A DNA stretch of 61,125 bases, counting the filler, from Gonapodya sp. JEL0774 (taxonomy: Eukaryota), in NCBI GenBank assembly GCA_027604505.1. It is 14 parts of 14 records of this genome, joined end to end, with 100 filler letters (N's around TTAATTAATTAA, not from the genome) between each part and the next. Parts side by side here need not be neighbours in the genome. Positions count along the whole stretch, not along the records: positions 43,811 to 48,074 come from JADIIX010001006.1; positions 48,175 to 52,433 come from JADIIX010001007.1; positions 52,534 to 56,780 come from JADIIX010001008.1; positions 56,881 to 61,125 come from JADIIX010001009.1; 10 more parts are not named here. One strand, written 5' to 3'. The notes beneath the pieces were generated by a model. It did no database searches, had not been told where the DNA came from, and saw only the letters and a list, made by a program, of their open reading frames with translations. Below are positions 45,317-58,267 of this stretch, piece after piece; position 1 is the stretch's first letter, and each line of letters opens with the position of its first letter. The position numbers and the translations under genes were made by a program.

Positions 45317-46631
45317 TTCGAAAAGGCAATAAATGGAGTGAGCGAGTAGTAACGGTAGTGTAGTCAGTGATCGACGGAACAGGTTTGGCGAGAGTGTTGA
45401 AGATCCTTGTAGTCATTGTTGCGAAGAGATGCGAAGCACTGAGGGTGACTCGGAACACCAGGCCCTTCAGTATCGGAGCGGCAATGATGAATCTTCCGGT
45501 CTTTCCTCGGTATGCGTGGATAATACGAGCCTTTTGTTCCGGAGGCTGATCTTTGGTGAGCTCTGGCCTTGATGTTTTTCATTTTGTGCTGCTCGTCGCG
45601 CGACCCTGACTTCATCAACAGGAACTAAAATATGGTAGTGTCCGTTTGCGAGTAAACTGACGAGTCCAAGCAAGTGATGGTGATGAGACATGTTGTCGAT
45701 ATTGGGTGGTTTGGTCTTATAAAGCAGCTGTTCAGACTACAGTACGACAAAACCCATTCAAAGCCCACTCGAATCAAATGGGTTCTGTCATACCCATGTT
45801 ATCGGAGCTGAGGCTAATAACCAGCTCGATTAGTTGCCGTCCCCTCTACTGCCACTAGCCAGTGACTAGATGGAGAGAATGTTCATTATAGTGGACGACT
45901 CTCGGGGACGAGGAGCGATCGCAAGCAAGAAACAGTCTCAAGCTCGAGAATTGCTTCCGGGATGATGTGCGAGGATGAATGCCACAGATGAAATTGCCTG
46001 TGCCGAATCGTAGAATATGGGGGATTTTCCTTGAGGACATTATCTCCACGTAGCCGTCATACCACAGGGAGTTGTTTGGATATGACGTCGACGTCTCTCT
46101 TCAACGACAGTTCGATCCAAACGTGGGTCGGTCAGGTTCACGAAGTTTCCAAATGTATATTTGAACGCCTACATATTTACGCTTTCAATCTTCTTTGAAC
46201 TTTTATAGCTTCAAATGTGTCATGGCTTGTCAGAGCTTTCTCCATAACACGAAGCTCATTTCTACGATGACGGATGAACACCTACCCATGCATTTGACCA
46301 AGACTGATACAAACACGTAACAAAGTCAAAGAGGCGAGTAGCTCCGATCAACGCAGTCGCAAATCAAAAGAATAAAGTGAGACCCCCTGGGTTGAGGGTT
46401 CTGGGAGCGGATGGTGCCGGTTCCGCCTGCCCCAAAACGCTGCCGCCTGTCAAACAAGGGAAAGGAGGAAACGGACACCGAATTCTTGTCGCCTTCTGAG
46501 AATTCCTCAAAAATTCCCAACGCTGCAATCGTCGTGATAGGCATCGTCGACTCGTCCGCCTTACCGCGCTTCTTCTTTCCCGTCTTTCTCTCTCCTTGAC
46601 TCAGGTGTTCAACACCTCCAGGGATTCCAGA

Positions 46632-48074
46632 ATGTCGCGTGAGCTGCGGTGTGATCGGCTGTTCAATTTAAAAAGACAGCACTAAAGCTCTCTGTCTGTT
46701 CCGTTCCTTCATCAAAAGAAACTTACACGTGGAAGTCCAGTGAGTAATGTTCCCAAATTGGACACCGCAAGGCGGAACCATTCACACACCATCACCTGTG
46801 TACGCTGCTCAAAGTTGATCAAATAAACGAAAAGAGCCAAGATAAGAACAACAAGGCTGCCAAGAAGCCTCTTCTGTTCGTCCACGGGGACAAAGTCATT
46901 GACATTTCCGAGTTCCGCAACACACATCCCGGAGGAGCAATAATTGAAACATGGATCGGAAAGGACATTCAAGGTAAGTGTGGCGGGCGTGTTTGGAAAC
47001 GTAAACCGCGCGAACGTCGTGCTAACGCGATTCGTTTTCTTCATTTGTCTCAATTGAAACAACACGAAGATGTCTTCTCGGCTCTCCATCACCCGAGTAC
47101 CACTAAATTATTGCAGAAGTACACGGTCGGGAAGCTGGTTGGTCCTGGAGTTCTGGACTCGAACAGTGCAGGTCCGTACACAAAACGACGGTGATATTCT
47201 TCCCAAAGGAAATGGAGGGACTCAAACCCCAGCACCGCTCTCGCAGCATTCGCAAACGAATGCCGCAAATTGTATTCCGATTTTGAGAGTCGCGGATATT
47301 TCAAGTCGAGCAAACTCTACTACCTGTTCAAAATCACCACCAACCTCTCAATATGGGGGGCGGCAATGTACCTCGTATCGCACTACCCCAAGGACACGTC
47401 AATGGTTTTCTTGGCTGGTTGGATTCTCGCTCTCTTTTGGCAGCAAAGTGGTAGGTTTTGCTTTCCTTCTCGGGCTTCGTAAGTTTCATCGTCTTTACCT
47501 TCCCGATATGTATTCCTTCAGGATGGCTCGCCCACGATTTCCTTCACAACCAGGTCTTTAGTAACAGGGCGACGAGCCGTCTTTTTGGCTACATGATTGG
47601 CAATGTTTGGCAAGGATTCTCTGTCGCATGGTGGAACAACAAGGTGAGTTCAGCACAGCGACGGTGTTCGGTAGGGAAGATGCTCATATAATGCCTTTCA
47701 CCAGCACCTTGCCCACCACGCCGTACCCAACATCAACGCTGAAGACCCCGACATTGATACTTTTCCCGTCCTTGCGTGGTCAGACCACGCACTCTCCCTA
47801 TTCACGGACCTCTCTGACGATGCCGCATCTCGGTTCTTTATCAAGTACCAAGCCTGGTACTTTTTCCCAGTTTTGGCCCTCGCGAGGATCAGCTGGGCGA
47901 TGCAAAGTATCTTTGTGAGTTGAGAATACCACTCCCGGTCTCGCTAGCGCTTTCTGATTCAAACACCCTTGCAGTACGCCGTCCCCTTCTTCAACAACTT
48001 GTACTGGGGCCAAACTTCCCAGTCCATCCGCTTCAACGTCCACAACAGCACTTACGAAACCGTGGGGCTGGCCC
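46632..48074 (+). CDS. Cytochrome b5-fused front-end fatty-acid desaturase (delta-6/delta-5/delta-8 type), 3'-truncated
   Basis: HPGG heme motif, His box 1 [17 protein letters not shown], His box 2 [14 protein letters not shown] and EDPDIDTFP. Start approximate. Confidence 0.88.
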
Positions 48075-48175
48075 NNNNNNNNNNNNNNNNNNNNNNNNNN
48101 NNNNNNNNNNNNNNNNNNTTAATTAATTAANNNNNNNNNNNNNNNNNNNNNNNNNNNNNNNNNNNNNNNNNNNNG

Positions 48176-48560
48176 AAGCGGCAGTTTTGAAAAATTTATT
48201 CGTAGTTCGGCCATCAATCAGTTCGACCGATCGCCCGCTTTGCAGCGGGCGATGGTTGTTCCTGAGTCGCTCAACGCGGTTGGGCTCCTTGAGAGCTGCG
48301 AGTTCGCCCTTGCCCAATTTGTTCCCCCTCGGCTCCCCGCTTCCAAGCGGCAGTTTTGAAAAATTTATTCGTAATTCGGCCATCAATCTGTTCGACCGAT
48401 CGCCCGCTTTGCAGCGGGTGGTGGTTGTCCGGAATCGCTCAACGCGTTTGGGTTCATCGTTGGGAGCGTTGGGAGATGCAAAGTTCGCCCTTGCCCAATT
48501 TGTTCCCCCTCCACTTCACGCTGCCAAGTGGCAGTTTTGAAAAATTTATTCGTAATTCCG
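48176..48560 (+). repeat. ~170-180-bp tandem repeat, at least 2.2 units, running off the contig start
   Basis: AAG(C/T)GGCAGTTTTGAAAAATTTATTCGTA begins at 48176, 48345 and 48526. Confidence 0.92.
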
Positions 48561-49179
48561 TTGTTGTTCCCGCTTCCTTTCTTTCTTCCTTCCTATCCCT
48601 CTCCTCCCCTTTTCCGTCCCGGTCCACCTCCTCTGACACGTCGATACGCGCCCTGACCGCCTCCTTCGCCGCGTGTCACGGGAAGGTCCAGGCATGGATA
48701 GAACTTACGGCGTTCATTGTGTTCGACGAGGTGGTGGTCGAGGCAGGAGGCGAAATACACAGAGAAGAATGTAGGGGCGAGCGCTAGGCATTTGATGGTG
48801 AGTTTTCGATCGCTCATTTCACATTATTTTCATTGATGCTTGCAATCTTCATGGACTCCAGTTGTCGTACTTGGGTCTTTCACTCTGTGCTTAATGTGGA
48901 TGTGTTTAATCCATCCACATCATTCACGCTGCAGTTCTTGCGATCACAAGTGAAGCGAGAAAGATTTATGGTTTAAGGCATCTAAATTGTCAGAGGTACC
49001 CGTGAGTCTCTGTGTGTCTGCTGGAAGAATCAGTGAACTGCAATCGCGCCAGTCTTGGGACGGTTTTAAGTGACAGGATCGGCGAGGTCTTGTAGCAATT
49101 CGGAAACTGGATATGACCGGCGTTCGATACCTTATCATCATGATCGCCTATACCTCCTCCATCCGTTCCACCACCTGCA

Positions 49180-50613
49180 ATGGCTGAGTCCAGTGAGTTG
49201 CTCCAGTCTGGCTTGCCCTCGTGGTTGGCGGAAGCTCAAGTGGAGTATGGTTTCTACTTTGCGCTGGACGACGCAATGTCAGACGAAGTGGACGTGCTTG
49301 ACCAGGAAGCACCATTTTCATCGGTAGCTCCGCAAGTGATGTCGTTGGACTCCAACAACGACCTGACCAGTGCGTTCGAGCTTCAACTATCTCCTTCATC
49401 TTTCTCCGAGTCGGACGAGGTACCAGTGCAATCTCCAGAAGGAGACGTCATTGGCCGAGAGAGTTTTGCTTTGGAATGCGAAGAGTGGGCCATGCTTGAA
49501 CTGGAAGAGCAATGTAGGAATGCCGGGTTGACTGCACAACCGGCCTCCAGTTCGGGTGACCGATCCGTCGTTGAACATGAAGCACAATGTGAGCTACAAT
49601 CCGCCGACTGGCTCTCTGCTCTCCTAGCGGACGAGTTCCTCTCAATCCCTTCCCCGGTTGCAGCCACGTTTCATCCCGCAAGTGAAATTGCACCTCCAAT
49701 GGAAGACACCGCTCCGAGCGTCCAGATGGAAGGCATTGAAGTACCTGACAGTGTTGCGCCGCACAGCGACTACCCGACTCCCGCCGCATCAGCTGATGAG
49801 CGAACGTCACCCGAACCCCAACCGCGTGGCGTTGCCATGCATGAGATCTCGCCCGAACCCCCATCTCCTGCACCAGAACCCATACCTGAACCAGTCACCA
49901 TGCGACGACTTCCGTCTCCTCGTGTTGCCGCCTCGGGTCGTTCGCCTTCGCCTAGAATTTCGCCTGCACCGTCTTCTTCGACCCCTGATTCTCCAACCGG
50001 CCGGAGTCCCTCCCCTGATTCTTCTTTCGAGTCCCAATCCGTTACCTCTCCTGCGGATCTTGCTAAAGCCGTCATTGACGCCTATGTCCACTCCATCAAA
50101 CCGACGGGCACAGCCGGCACTGGAACTAGGGGCAAGAACACCTTTGCATGCCGATTCCCCGGATGCGGTCACGTGTTCAGCCGTCGCTATAATTGCGTGA
50201 CGCACGTGAAAACTCACCTTGACCTGCGTGAACACCGATGCCAGGAGCGGTGTTCCAACGGTACTCAATGTACTCTGATGTTCGCCCGGCTACACGATCT
50301 TCGACGGCACGTCGCTGCAGTGCATCACTTTGGGAAGCAGCCGTGGTGCATCTGTGTAAAGTGCGAAATGGCGGGTGTTGCCCCCGTTACTCCTTCGGGA
50401 AGAGCAAGAGGGCGGGGGAGAGGTCCACAAGCAGCAGCTGGAGGAGGTGCAATTCGGCCGGAGAGAAAGGCAAGGGTGGCAATGGCGGTTCAAGAGAAGA
50501 GGGAGGATTTAATGGAGGAGTTATCGGATCTGTCTGACGGCGAGTGGGGACCGGACTCATGGGGCCTTCGTGGGTATGGACACTGCGTCGAGAAAACATC
50601 TACTTATATATAA
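49180..50613 (+). CDS. C2H2 zinc-finger transcription factor with acidic/Pro-Ser-rich N-terminus
   Basis: CRFPGCGHVFSRRYNCVTHVKTH and CQERCSNGTQCTLMFARLHDLRRHVAAVH in a 477-aa ORF. Confidence 0.85.
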   Translation: MAESSELLQSGLPSWLAEAQVEYGFYFALDDAMSDEVDVLDQEAPFSSVAPQVMSLDSNNDLTSAFELQLSPSSFSESDEVPVQSPEGDVIGRESFALECEEWAMLELEEQCRNAGLTAQPASSSGDRSVVEHEAQCELQSADWLSALLADEFLSIPSPVAATFHPASEIAPPMEDTAPSVQMEGIEVPDSVAPHSDYPTPAASADERTSPEPQPRGVAMHEISPEPPSPAPEPIPEPVTMRRLPSPRVAASGRSPSPRISPAPSSSTPDSPTGRSPSPDSSFESQSVTSPADLAKAVIDAYVHSIKPTGTAGTGTRGKNTFACRFPGCGHVFSRRYNCVTHVKTHLDLREHRCQERCSNGTQCTLMFARLHDLRRHVAAVHHFGKQPWCICVKCEMAGVAPVTPSGRARGRGRGPQAAAGGGAIRPERKARVAMAVQEKREDLMEELSDLSDGEWGPDSWGLRGYGHCVEKTSTYI

Positions 50614-51297
50614 TTATATTAATTATAGTAGATATAATAATCCCCCTGTTTCCCGATTCCACCCGTCCATACGATACTTGTCTGGCAGATGGACCACCAC
50701 CACCACCACCAGAAGAGGGCGGAGGCGGCGGTCCACCACCTGGATGCTTCGATGAGAGATGTGGTATAAATCCAGAATTACCTGATGATTGAATCGGTGG
50801 TCCCATTTCGAAACCACGGCGTGGCTCAAAATTAGTTCAGATGCTACTAAGCGGAAGTTTCTCTTTGATGTTTGTAGTGAATAAATGATGTTTTAAAACA
50901 GTTTTCATCCCTCGACCACCGGATAAGGAAATATTTACGAAGTGTTTTCTTGCTTACTAAGGTTGCTGGACAGAACAAAGTCCAATGGACTTGAATAATC
51001 GAATTTGAACGAAGGGTAATTCAGCGGGTCAGACTCATCAAGAGGAAGAAGGTGCCAAGCGGTGAGGCAGCCGCAAAAGTGCGCACTAGTGTGGCGATAA
51101 ATTTCGCAGCGGCCAATCTCAACGTATCGAAAGATGATATAGTTCACGCATGAGAATATTGACGGGAACATAAACTTATTTGGTATTTGTTTTGTTTTGT
51201 TCAAACAGCTGACGATAGAAAAGCCAATACGGTGTCGGTAAACAATTTGCGGCATCGGTGGTCGGATCCCTGCTCTACTGAAAACCAACTGTTCCAG

Positions 51298-52406
51298 ATG
51301 TCCACGTCGAGCGCATCAATAGGATGGACAGCATCACTCTCGGACCGGCATTTTCGAGGGCTGATCATGATTCCCCCGTTCGTTGTTTCAATCGTTGGAA
51401 CACTCTTGGTCCTGGGACTCTACTTGCTTGCAACGATGTACGTTCAATTCTCAAAGACCATCTTATCAACATGTTGTCTGACTCGTAACGACCACGCGGA
51501 ATACGCTGCGTGGACGGTACTACCCTCTCTGGGCGACGTGAAGAATTCGAGTGTCCAGCATCAAGCACGGGATCCACAAGCTTCTCGCAATACTTTTCCT
51601 CAGTAATCTTATGGGAACGTGTGCATACGTCGCTGATTTCTTTGTCGTACCTGGCTCCATGAACTGCAAGTGAGAGCTGAATATATTACGGCACCCCAAA
51701 TTTGCAATGGGATTTCAACAAGGAATATCTTCCATGAACTATTATCTTGCAGCATTGCAATGTTCTTCACTATTTCAGGACTAGCTGGTGACTATTTCAG
51801 CACTGTTGCGATCTGCATCCTTCTTTTTCGGTCACTGGTGCTCAACAAGTCACCACCGGGCTTCATGGGAGAGGTGTGTTCAGTCATGGTTTCTCCACAT
51901 CCTCCGACTACATCGGCTACTCGAATGTGTTCTTTCAGATTTTTCTCATGGGGATACCCCTGTTTGCAATGATTTTCTTCGGGTGTGCCACAATCGGCGG
52001 GTGCGTGCCAGAACCTGCAGCCAAGCACTTCGGAGATTCATTGCACTATCATTCAACTGATGAAATCACTTCGCCAGATCCGGTGTCAACCCCGATGACT
52101 TTGGCTGCTGGTTTACCGACCCACTTGGAGTCACCGCGATCACCTCGATGGTGGGAACTTTCATTGTCAGACGGTCACCGCTCTCCCGAACTCGTCTAAA
52201 AAGTTTTCTTTTCTTCCCTTCGCTAGGTCGGCATCGGTCTCGCCGTCTTCATCAATCTCCTACTCGTCCTCATCATATCGTTCCGCCTCTCACGGAGTGT
52301 TAACAAACGATCGTTCGACGGACTTCGGGTACCCGGTAGGGGAATCATGGCAAACACTTCAAGTGTGAGAGACGACGTGGATATCTTGTCCCGGAGGCTG
52401 ATCATG
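51298..52406 (+). CDS. Multi-pass GPCR-like membrane protein (cAMP-receptor/Git3-like), spliced, 3'-truncated
   Basis: At least five hydrophobic helices across exons: VVSIVGTLLVLGLY, LLAILFLSNLMG, FSTVAICILLFRSLV, IFLMGIPLFAMIFF and GIGLAVFINLLLVLII. Extracellular Cys and CW motif. Confidence 0.6.
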
Positions 52407-52775
52407 GTGAGTGATTTGGGCTTCTTGCGATGANNNNNNNNNNNNNNNNNNNNNNNNNNNNNNNNNNNNNNNNNNNNTTAATTAATTAANNNNNNNNNNN
52501 NNNNNNNNNNNNNNNNNNNNNNNNNNNNNNNNNAAACCTTGAATTCTCTGCGTTGCTAGTTCCTTGACCCTCTCGTCGAGAACCCCAAGAAACCCGCACC
52601 GAATTGGTGGCACTTTTTCAAGCTAGTAGCCTTCCTCTCAACTGGCTATCGCCCATCCACCAGACAAGTTTTGAGTGAACTGGTGTGTCCCCCTTCGAGC
52701 TTTTCATTTGTCCGATTGCCACGTTGCTTATTACCGCTGGCCTATGCTCGGTTGATTGTGTGTACCTATAAGATC

Positions 52776-53438
52776 ATGAAACCGGTCACATCGTTTTTCT
52801 TCAACCACGGCCCCCCCGGCAGCGACAATTCTACCCTGTCGTCCATCACTGGTTATGTTTCCAACGCCGTAGGATCAGTCGGAGGTACCATTACCGGGCT
52901 TGCGGAACGAGCTTTTGGATCCTCGGAAACAGCACCAGGCGCTCCCAGTACCCACGGGGGATCCGCAGGCTCCCACCACCCACCTGCCGCCGCTGCCTCT
53001 GCTTCGATATCTGCCGATGAAACAGCTTTCGTGAGCTGGGAGAGTATCACAACCGATGAGGATATCGAAAGCAAAATTAAGCAAGAAGTGGAAAACACCC
53101 AAGATAACACAGCTGGTGACTGGACTCCATCACCTGCAGCGACACGTACTTCATCGCCGGAGCCGCGAGTGGATGACGCGATCTCGCAGAATCGATCCAA
53201 CCCCGCGTGGTTTGACGTTCTCGCGTCTGGACCTGTTCCGGCGACCACGCGGGGCAACTCCAGGGAGTACCACGACGTTCTCCTTCCCGCACACAACAAG
53301 AGGTTCACTATGGGCAAGAAGGCCGGTAAGAAGCTCGCCTCGCAGATTCTCGCGGCGCAAATGGATGAGGATACCGACGGAAACCGCAAATCCGTTGCTA
53401 TGGAGAAACAGGGGACCGAAGGAGAGATCATGGCTTGA
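52776..53438 (+). CDS. Hypothetical low-complexity protein
   Basis: Open ~220 codons from ATG 52776; no domain recognised. Confidence 0.4.
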   Translation: MKPVTSFFFNHGPPGSDNSTLSSITGYVSNAVGSVGGTITGLAERAFGSSETAPGAPSTHGGSAGSHHPPAAAASASISADETAFVSWESITTDEDIESKIKQEVENTQDNTAGDWTPSPAATRTSSPEPRVDDAISQNRSNPAWFDVLASGPVPATTRGNSREYHDVLLPAHNKRFTMGKKAGKKLASQILAAQMDEDTDGNRKSVAMEKQGTEGEIMA

Positions 53439-54219
53439 ACTGTTAACCGTTGATCGAATGATGGAACGATAAAGTATTGGAGTTCAGTTAGCTGGTGCCG
53501 CGGGACGGTTAGGCTGGAGTAATGTTCGGGACTTGGAAATAATGTTCCACCGACGGGTTTGATCTGGGAGAGTTGGAAGAAGCTCACACTCCTTGAGGCG
53601 TGTGGTGCTCCCTTTCGAGGGAGTGAGTTTGGCGCTTGAATATTCAAGGCGCATCGTACTACGGACTTTTTGTGTTTTCACTTTGAATTAGTCATGGTTC
53701 CCACTGGTCCACAGTCCTCGCAGCGGCGAGACTCCCCCATTTTTGAAGTGTTATGTATCTCCCCTCCCCTCTTCATGTGACTATACGGTTCAGTATGCAA
53801 ATGGACTATCCAATATAGATTCTCGTCTATGTGCGTGTGATTTTGAGTGTGGAAGAAGAAGAAGAGAATGCCGAGAACTCACAAGCCGTATATGTCGCGA
53901 TTTGCATTCGGTGATGGGTGCGGGTCATTTCAGCACCAGCGGGCCGATAACCGGCACAGTCAAACCAGGATAGTCAAGCAACAGAAGCAGCTGTTTATCA
54001 ATCAAGTACCCCACACAAATGACGATCAAGACCTTCCGAATGCCAAAGCTGCTGCGAGCCCGTTCGGCGATTGTTCGAAGTCGAGGTACGTCAGCGATGA
54101 TGACGTCAACTACCAATCAAACTCGTATTAAAACATCGGGAGATCCACTTCCATATTCTCACACCCTCATACTACTGTCAATATAACGACATCCGGGTTT
54201 TCATTTGAGTGGCGGCATC

Positions 54220-55470
54220 ATCAGGGCGGATTCTATCCGACTCATATCAAACACTCCTCACGTGGGTGTTTGCCCTTTTACTTCGAAAACTTCGACACAG
54301 TTGAGGTACGTTTGGACATCTGGTTTGCGAGATTCGTGTTAATACTTTCTCTCATATTCTCGGTGCCCCAGATCAATTCCACATTCTATCGATTCCCTAC
54401 ACGCTCAATGATTCGGGCATGGTCCGAACATGCGGAAGATGCCGAACACCGAGATGGCATACCTCGAAATTTCATTCTCAAGTGCAACAAATATTTTACC
54501 CACAAGAAGAGGCTTGTGGTTGATAAAGCTTCAAGGACTCTCTGTGTACCTTTCTCAAGGTCGCCAAGGGACTGAATACACAAGCCCAAAGCCACTGGGC
54601 TGCGTCCTGTGGCAGTTTCCGGCCATGTTTTATATTCAGTGAGGAGCGTTTGGAAAGGCTCAAGTCTCTTGGGAGGGCAAGAAAAGAGATCGCTGGGGAA
54701 ATTGGTGAGATTGATGGTTCCCGGAATCCACCATCAAGATTTGCGCACCCACATCGCAGTCCCGATGGAGGTTTGCGCTGGAGTTTCGGCATTCAGGTTG
54801 GTACTGTGAACGTACTTATGACTTTCTGAGAGCGAACGATTGGTGGTGAGAAGCATGTCGAGTCTCGAACTAGTGGGATGCCCTTCAACTCACGAAGCAA
54901 AACATCAACCAACACAGCCTTGCATTCATTAATGTGTCGACCCCACACAAGAGCTGGTGCGGCGATATTCATGGAGCTTGGCCTCGATCGGACGTCTCGC
55001 AGTATCCGTCAACTGATGGATTTCCACGTGAGAATGAGACCAACATTACCACTCACAAAATTCACTCTGCACATTCGATATTTTTGAGTTTTAGTCACTT
55101 CGAGCTGGGGCACCTATTTGAGACTTCATGGATCTGGTGGACGATACAAAGATAAGTTACAGTACTACCGTTGAATGATGAAGCGCGGTTGTACTTGGAG
55201 AAACAAAGGCCTACAAATTATTTTCCTTTATGACAGAGTCTTACTCATCAGCATTTCTCCGCGAATGTGCTTCCAGAGCAGTCAAATGGCAACATACACT
55301 CCCGGATCACGTGGTTCTCTGTGCTGAAAGATTGCTAAAAGGGTCCACAACAGGGGCGGATCTTCAATCTGACGCTATGAATTTCATAGTGTTCAACAAT
55401 ACTGATAGTTTTACGGAAGGAGGAATGCCACATGCCGTGGAGGATGCGAAGCGATTGATGAGTGAGTTCC
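54220..55470 (+). pseudogene. DUF72 (YecE-like) domain gene with frameshifts, intron-containing
   Basis: FDTVE|INSTFYRFP..W..FILKCNKYFTHKKRL, LGCVLWQFP, RFALEFRH and FIVFNN..HAVEDAKRL. Frame switches around 54550-54640. Confidence 0.7.
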
Positions 55471-56252
55471 AATTTCTGTTCTGAGGACGCGGACCATAAC
55501 CGCTAGCCTGTTTCACCATTCATGAGTGCAAGGCATTGTAGATCACCGAATGGTTAAACTGGTTGCATCAGGCTCCAGATGGCGAACTTCACGTAGAATT
55601 AGTGACGACACGATTGAGAGCTTTGAGTTCTCCCAGGCAGTTGGAGTCTTGTCTTTGCATTCAAAATTGATTGATATTCGAAAAAAGTAACGAATAAGAT
55701 TATTACAGCTCTGTAAGCCACGACTCGATCAGGCCAATTATAAAAGTCCCATAAATGAACCGTTATACTATCTGACGCATCGGATTCTAGCTTGGTCTCT
55801 TACTATGCCACAACACAAAGAATCAGTCGTGACAAATTGTGAGCATTACTGCGACAGGACGATGGATTGCTCGCGCTTATCTTGAAGCGGACTGGATATT
55901 GAATTAGAGGTTTGAAGTAGTGACTGGAAGGATGCCAAAAACGATAACGCAAATCCTGAGCTACAAGTCCTTCATTTCGAGAAAGAAAAGTAAGATGGTC
56001 AGCTTGATGGAGAATCGTCGAAGCGCAATACAATTAGGGATAGACCTGATTTAAAGTAACAGGTCGGACTCAACCGGAAGCTCAGAGATTGTTCACAAAA
56101 TTGGAGAATTCATCCGCAGTTTGCCGCGTCTCCACGTATATATTTCGTAATCACTGCCGCGACTGAGAACAAATCTCTTTCGATAAAGCGCAACTCACCA
56201 AGATTCCAACTACACGCGTGTGCCAGCATGATAATCCCAAGTCCCGAATCCA

Positions 56253-56609
56253 TCACAGATCTTTTGGCGGTTTATTCTTTCTCTGACGTGGTTTGGTTGA
56301 ATCATCAATGACGCTTGCGGAGTTGGTTGCCTGGATTTCCTCCCCCCCAAGTGCGGTATGCCTCGCCTCTGCGAGCTTTCCGGCCGCCTTTTGCGTGGCA
56401 GGTTCACGAAGCCAGCCCTCGCGAACAAGCTCAGGGACATTCTCTCGGCGATTGTAGTGGTAAGTCGCGAAAATCGTGAGCGAAAGGATAAACCCGAAGA
56501 AAGTCCAGTCAATGAATGTGAGTCGTTCCACGAACTCCGAGAAAGAAGATGAGGAGTAGTACGCGTTTGCAAGTGATTCTAGCGGACTGACAGGGCGAGC
56601 GTTGACCAT
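56253..56609 (-). CDS. Small single-pass membrane protein (118 aa)
   Basis: ATG-initiated ORF with TM segment WTFFGFILSLTIFATY and a basic tail. Confidence 0.45.
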   Translation of the reverse strand: MVNARPVSPLESLANAYYSSSSFSEFVERLTFIDWTFFGFILSLTIFATYHYNRRENVPELVREGWLREPATQKAAGKLAEARHTALGGEEIQATNSASVIDDSTKPRQRKNKPPKDL

Positions 56610-56880
56610 CGTGTGGGGATGATTGTCAAGGGGGTCTGATCAGAGAAATTATATGGACTGTGGACAAGACTGAGGACCCTGCACGGATCGATGTCAGAAC
56701 ACGGCACTTAGAAAATGAAAGCATGGATGGATGAAACTCAGAATAAATTAGTTATACACATTACTTTCTTCGTATTATTGNNNNNNNNNNNNNNNNNNNN
56801 NNNNNNNNNNNNNNNNNNNNNNNNTTAATTAATTAANNNNNNNNNNNNNNNNNNNNNNNNNNNNNNNNNNNNNNNNNNNN

Positions 56881-58096
56881 GAGGAGCGGCTTGGAACAGC
56901 AACCCCGGAGTCAGACCCTCTCATCCGAATGGCTTTACGGTGGACCGAGGAGGACGGATCACCTGATTACGTTTCGGTAAGGTTGAGGACTGTTACAAGT
57001 TCCTGCTCCAATATGGTTGCCAAGACTGACGCACTTTCAACACTCTGTACTCGTAGATCACCTCTCTTGCTTGGTCGGTAATTTTTGCAGCCCAGATAAA
57101 CACCCTCGCCAACATGGCTTGGGTTCTCGTGAGTGATTCACCGATCCTTCTCAAGACGTTCGGATTAACTTATCACCTCTCTCCCTACGCTTCATGCCCC
57201 TCAATCACAGATCCGTATCGCTCATGATCCCGTGCTTGCTGCTAGGGTACTTGCGGAACAACAGGCCATCTTCGACAAGTCCCAACCCGGTGTTCCCCTG
57301 TCCGAGGTCATACCCACGCAGAATGACATCGCCGAGATGCGTTTGCTCGATCGTATTATGGCTGAGAACATCAGACTCACCAATCCCTTGAGTGGATTCA
57401 GGTACGTGGTTTTGTGTTCATTGCGGTAGATTGCAACTTCGCAAACATTAATGAATACTTGCAGGGCCTCCACCGACGAAATCCACTTCAACGACTACGT
57501 CATTCCGGCCAACTCGTGGGTCACCATCATGCACAGCAGCATTCACTACGACGCCACACTGTACCCGGACCCCATGAAGTTCGATCCTGACAGGCCGGTT
57601 CCGGCTGGGGACAAGGCTGACCCATCGGATCTGGGAGTGCTCGACTCTGGAAGCTTCGGATATAGTGCGGGTGTCGAGAAGGAAGTCGGTGGGAAGACGT
57701 TGATTGGTGAAGGAAGCTTGCACGGGAATCCGAACTTGCTGATTTGGGGAACCGGAAGGCACCCAGTGAGTGCTACGTGAATGATACACGAATCACCATC
57801 TCAACATGAATGCTTTGCCGTATAACGTAGTGCCTTGGTGCCCGTCTCGCTATTTTTGCAGTGAAAACAGTGGTGAGCCGCGTGGTGTGCAAATTCGATA
57901 TTTCACTGGTGGATGGAACGTGGCCAAAAGCCGGAGGTATTCCTGTAAGTGACATCAATTGCAAAATGTATGCCATTGGATTGCTAGCATAACTTCCATG
58001 CTTCGATTTCCTGCGTAGCTGAGCACAATCAAACCGACAAACAAGGTGCAGCTCCAGCTCAATCTGCGCTCTGGAGCGACTGCTCCCGCCGCCTGA
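56881..58096 (+). CDS. Cytochrome P450, C-terminal half (CYP51-clan-like), 5'-truncated, multi-intron
   Basis: I-helix VIFAAQINT, K-helix ENIR, YPDPMKFDPDR and heme motif WGTGRHP|CLG split by an intron. Confidence 0.9.
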
Positions 58097-58267
58097 TCTT
58101 TTTGATATGAGAAGAAGTCGCTAAATCGATTCGTTGTGTTTCTTAGACCATTTACAACTCCTTTGTCGATGTTATGATATAGACCCCTTGTATTGGATAA
58201 GTACAGTAGTTCTCGTAAAATAAATATACGAACTCATTCCACTCTCCCATTACCTCAGTACTTGTTA

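Noticed and set aside
52853..53647. 264-aa minus-strand ORF
   Set aside because: Antisense to the plus-strand ORF with more protein-like composition; no domain evidence.
4290..56880. Regularly spaced TTAATTAATTAA motif about every 4.3 kb, suggesting a repeat system or cross-window gene cluster
   Set aside because: Artificial concatenation linkers. Adjacent contigs are unrelated, so no cross-linker synteny was inferred.
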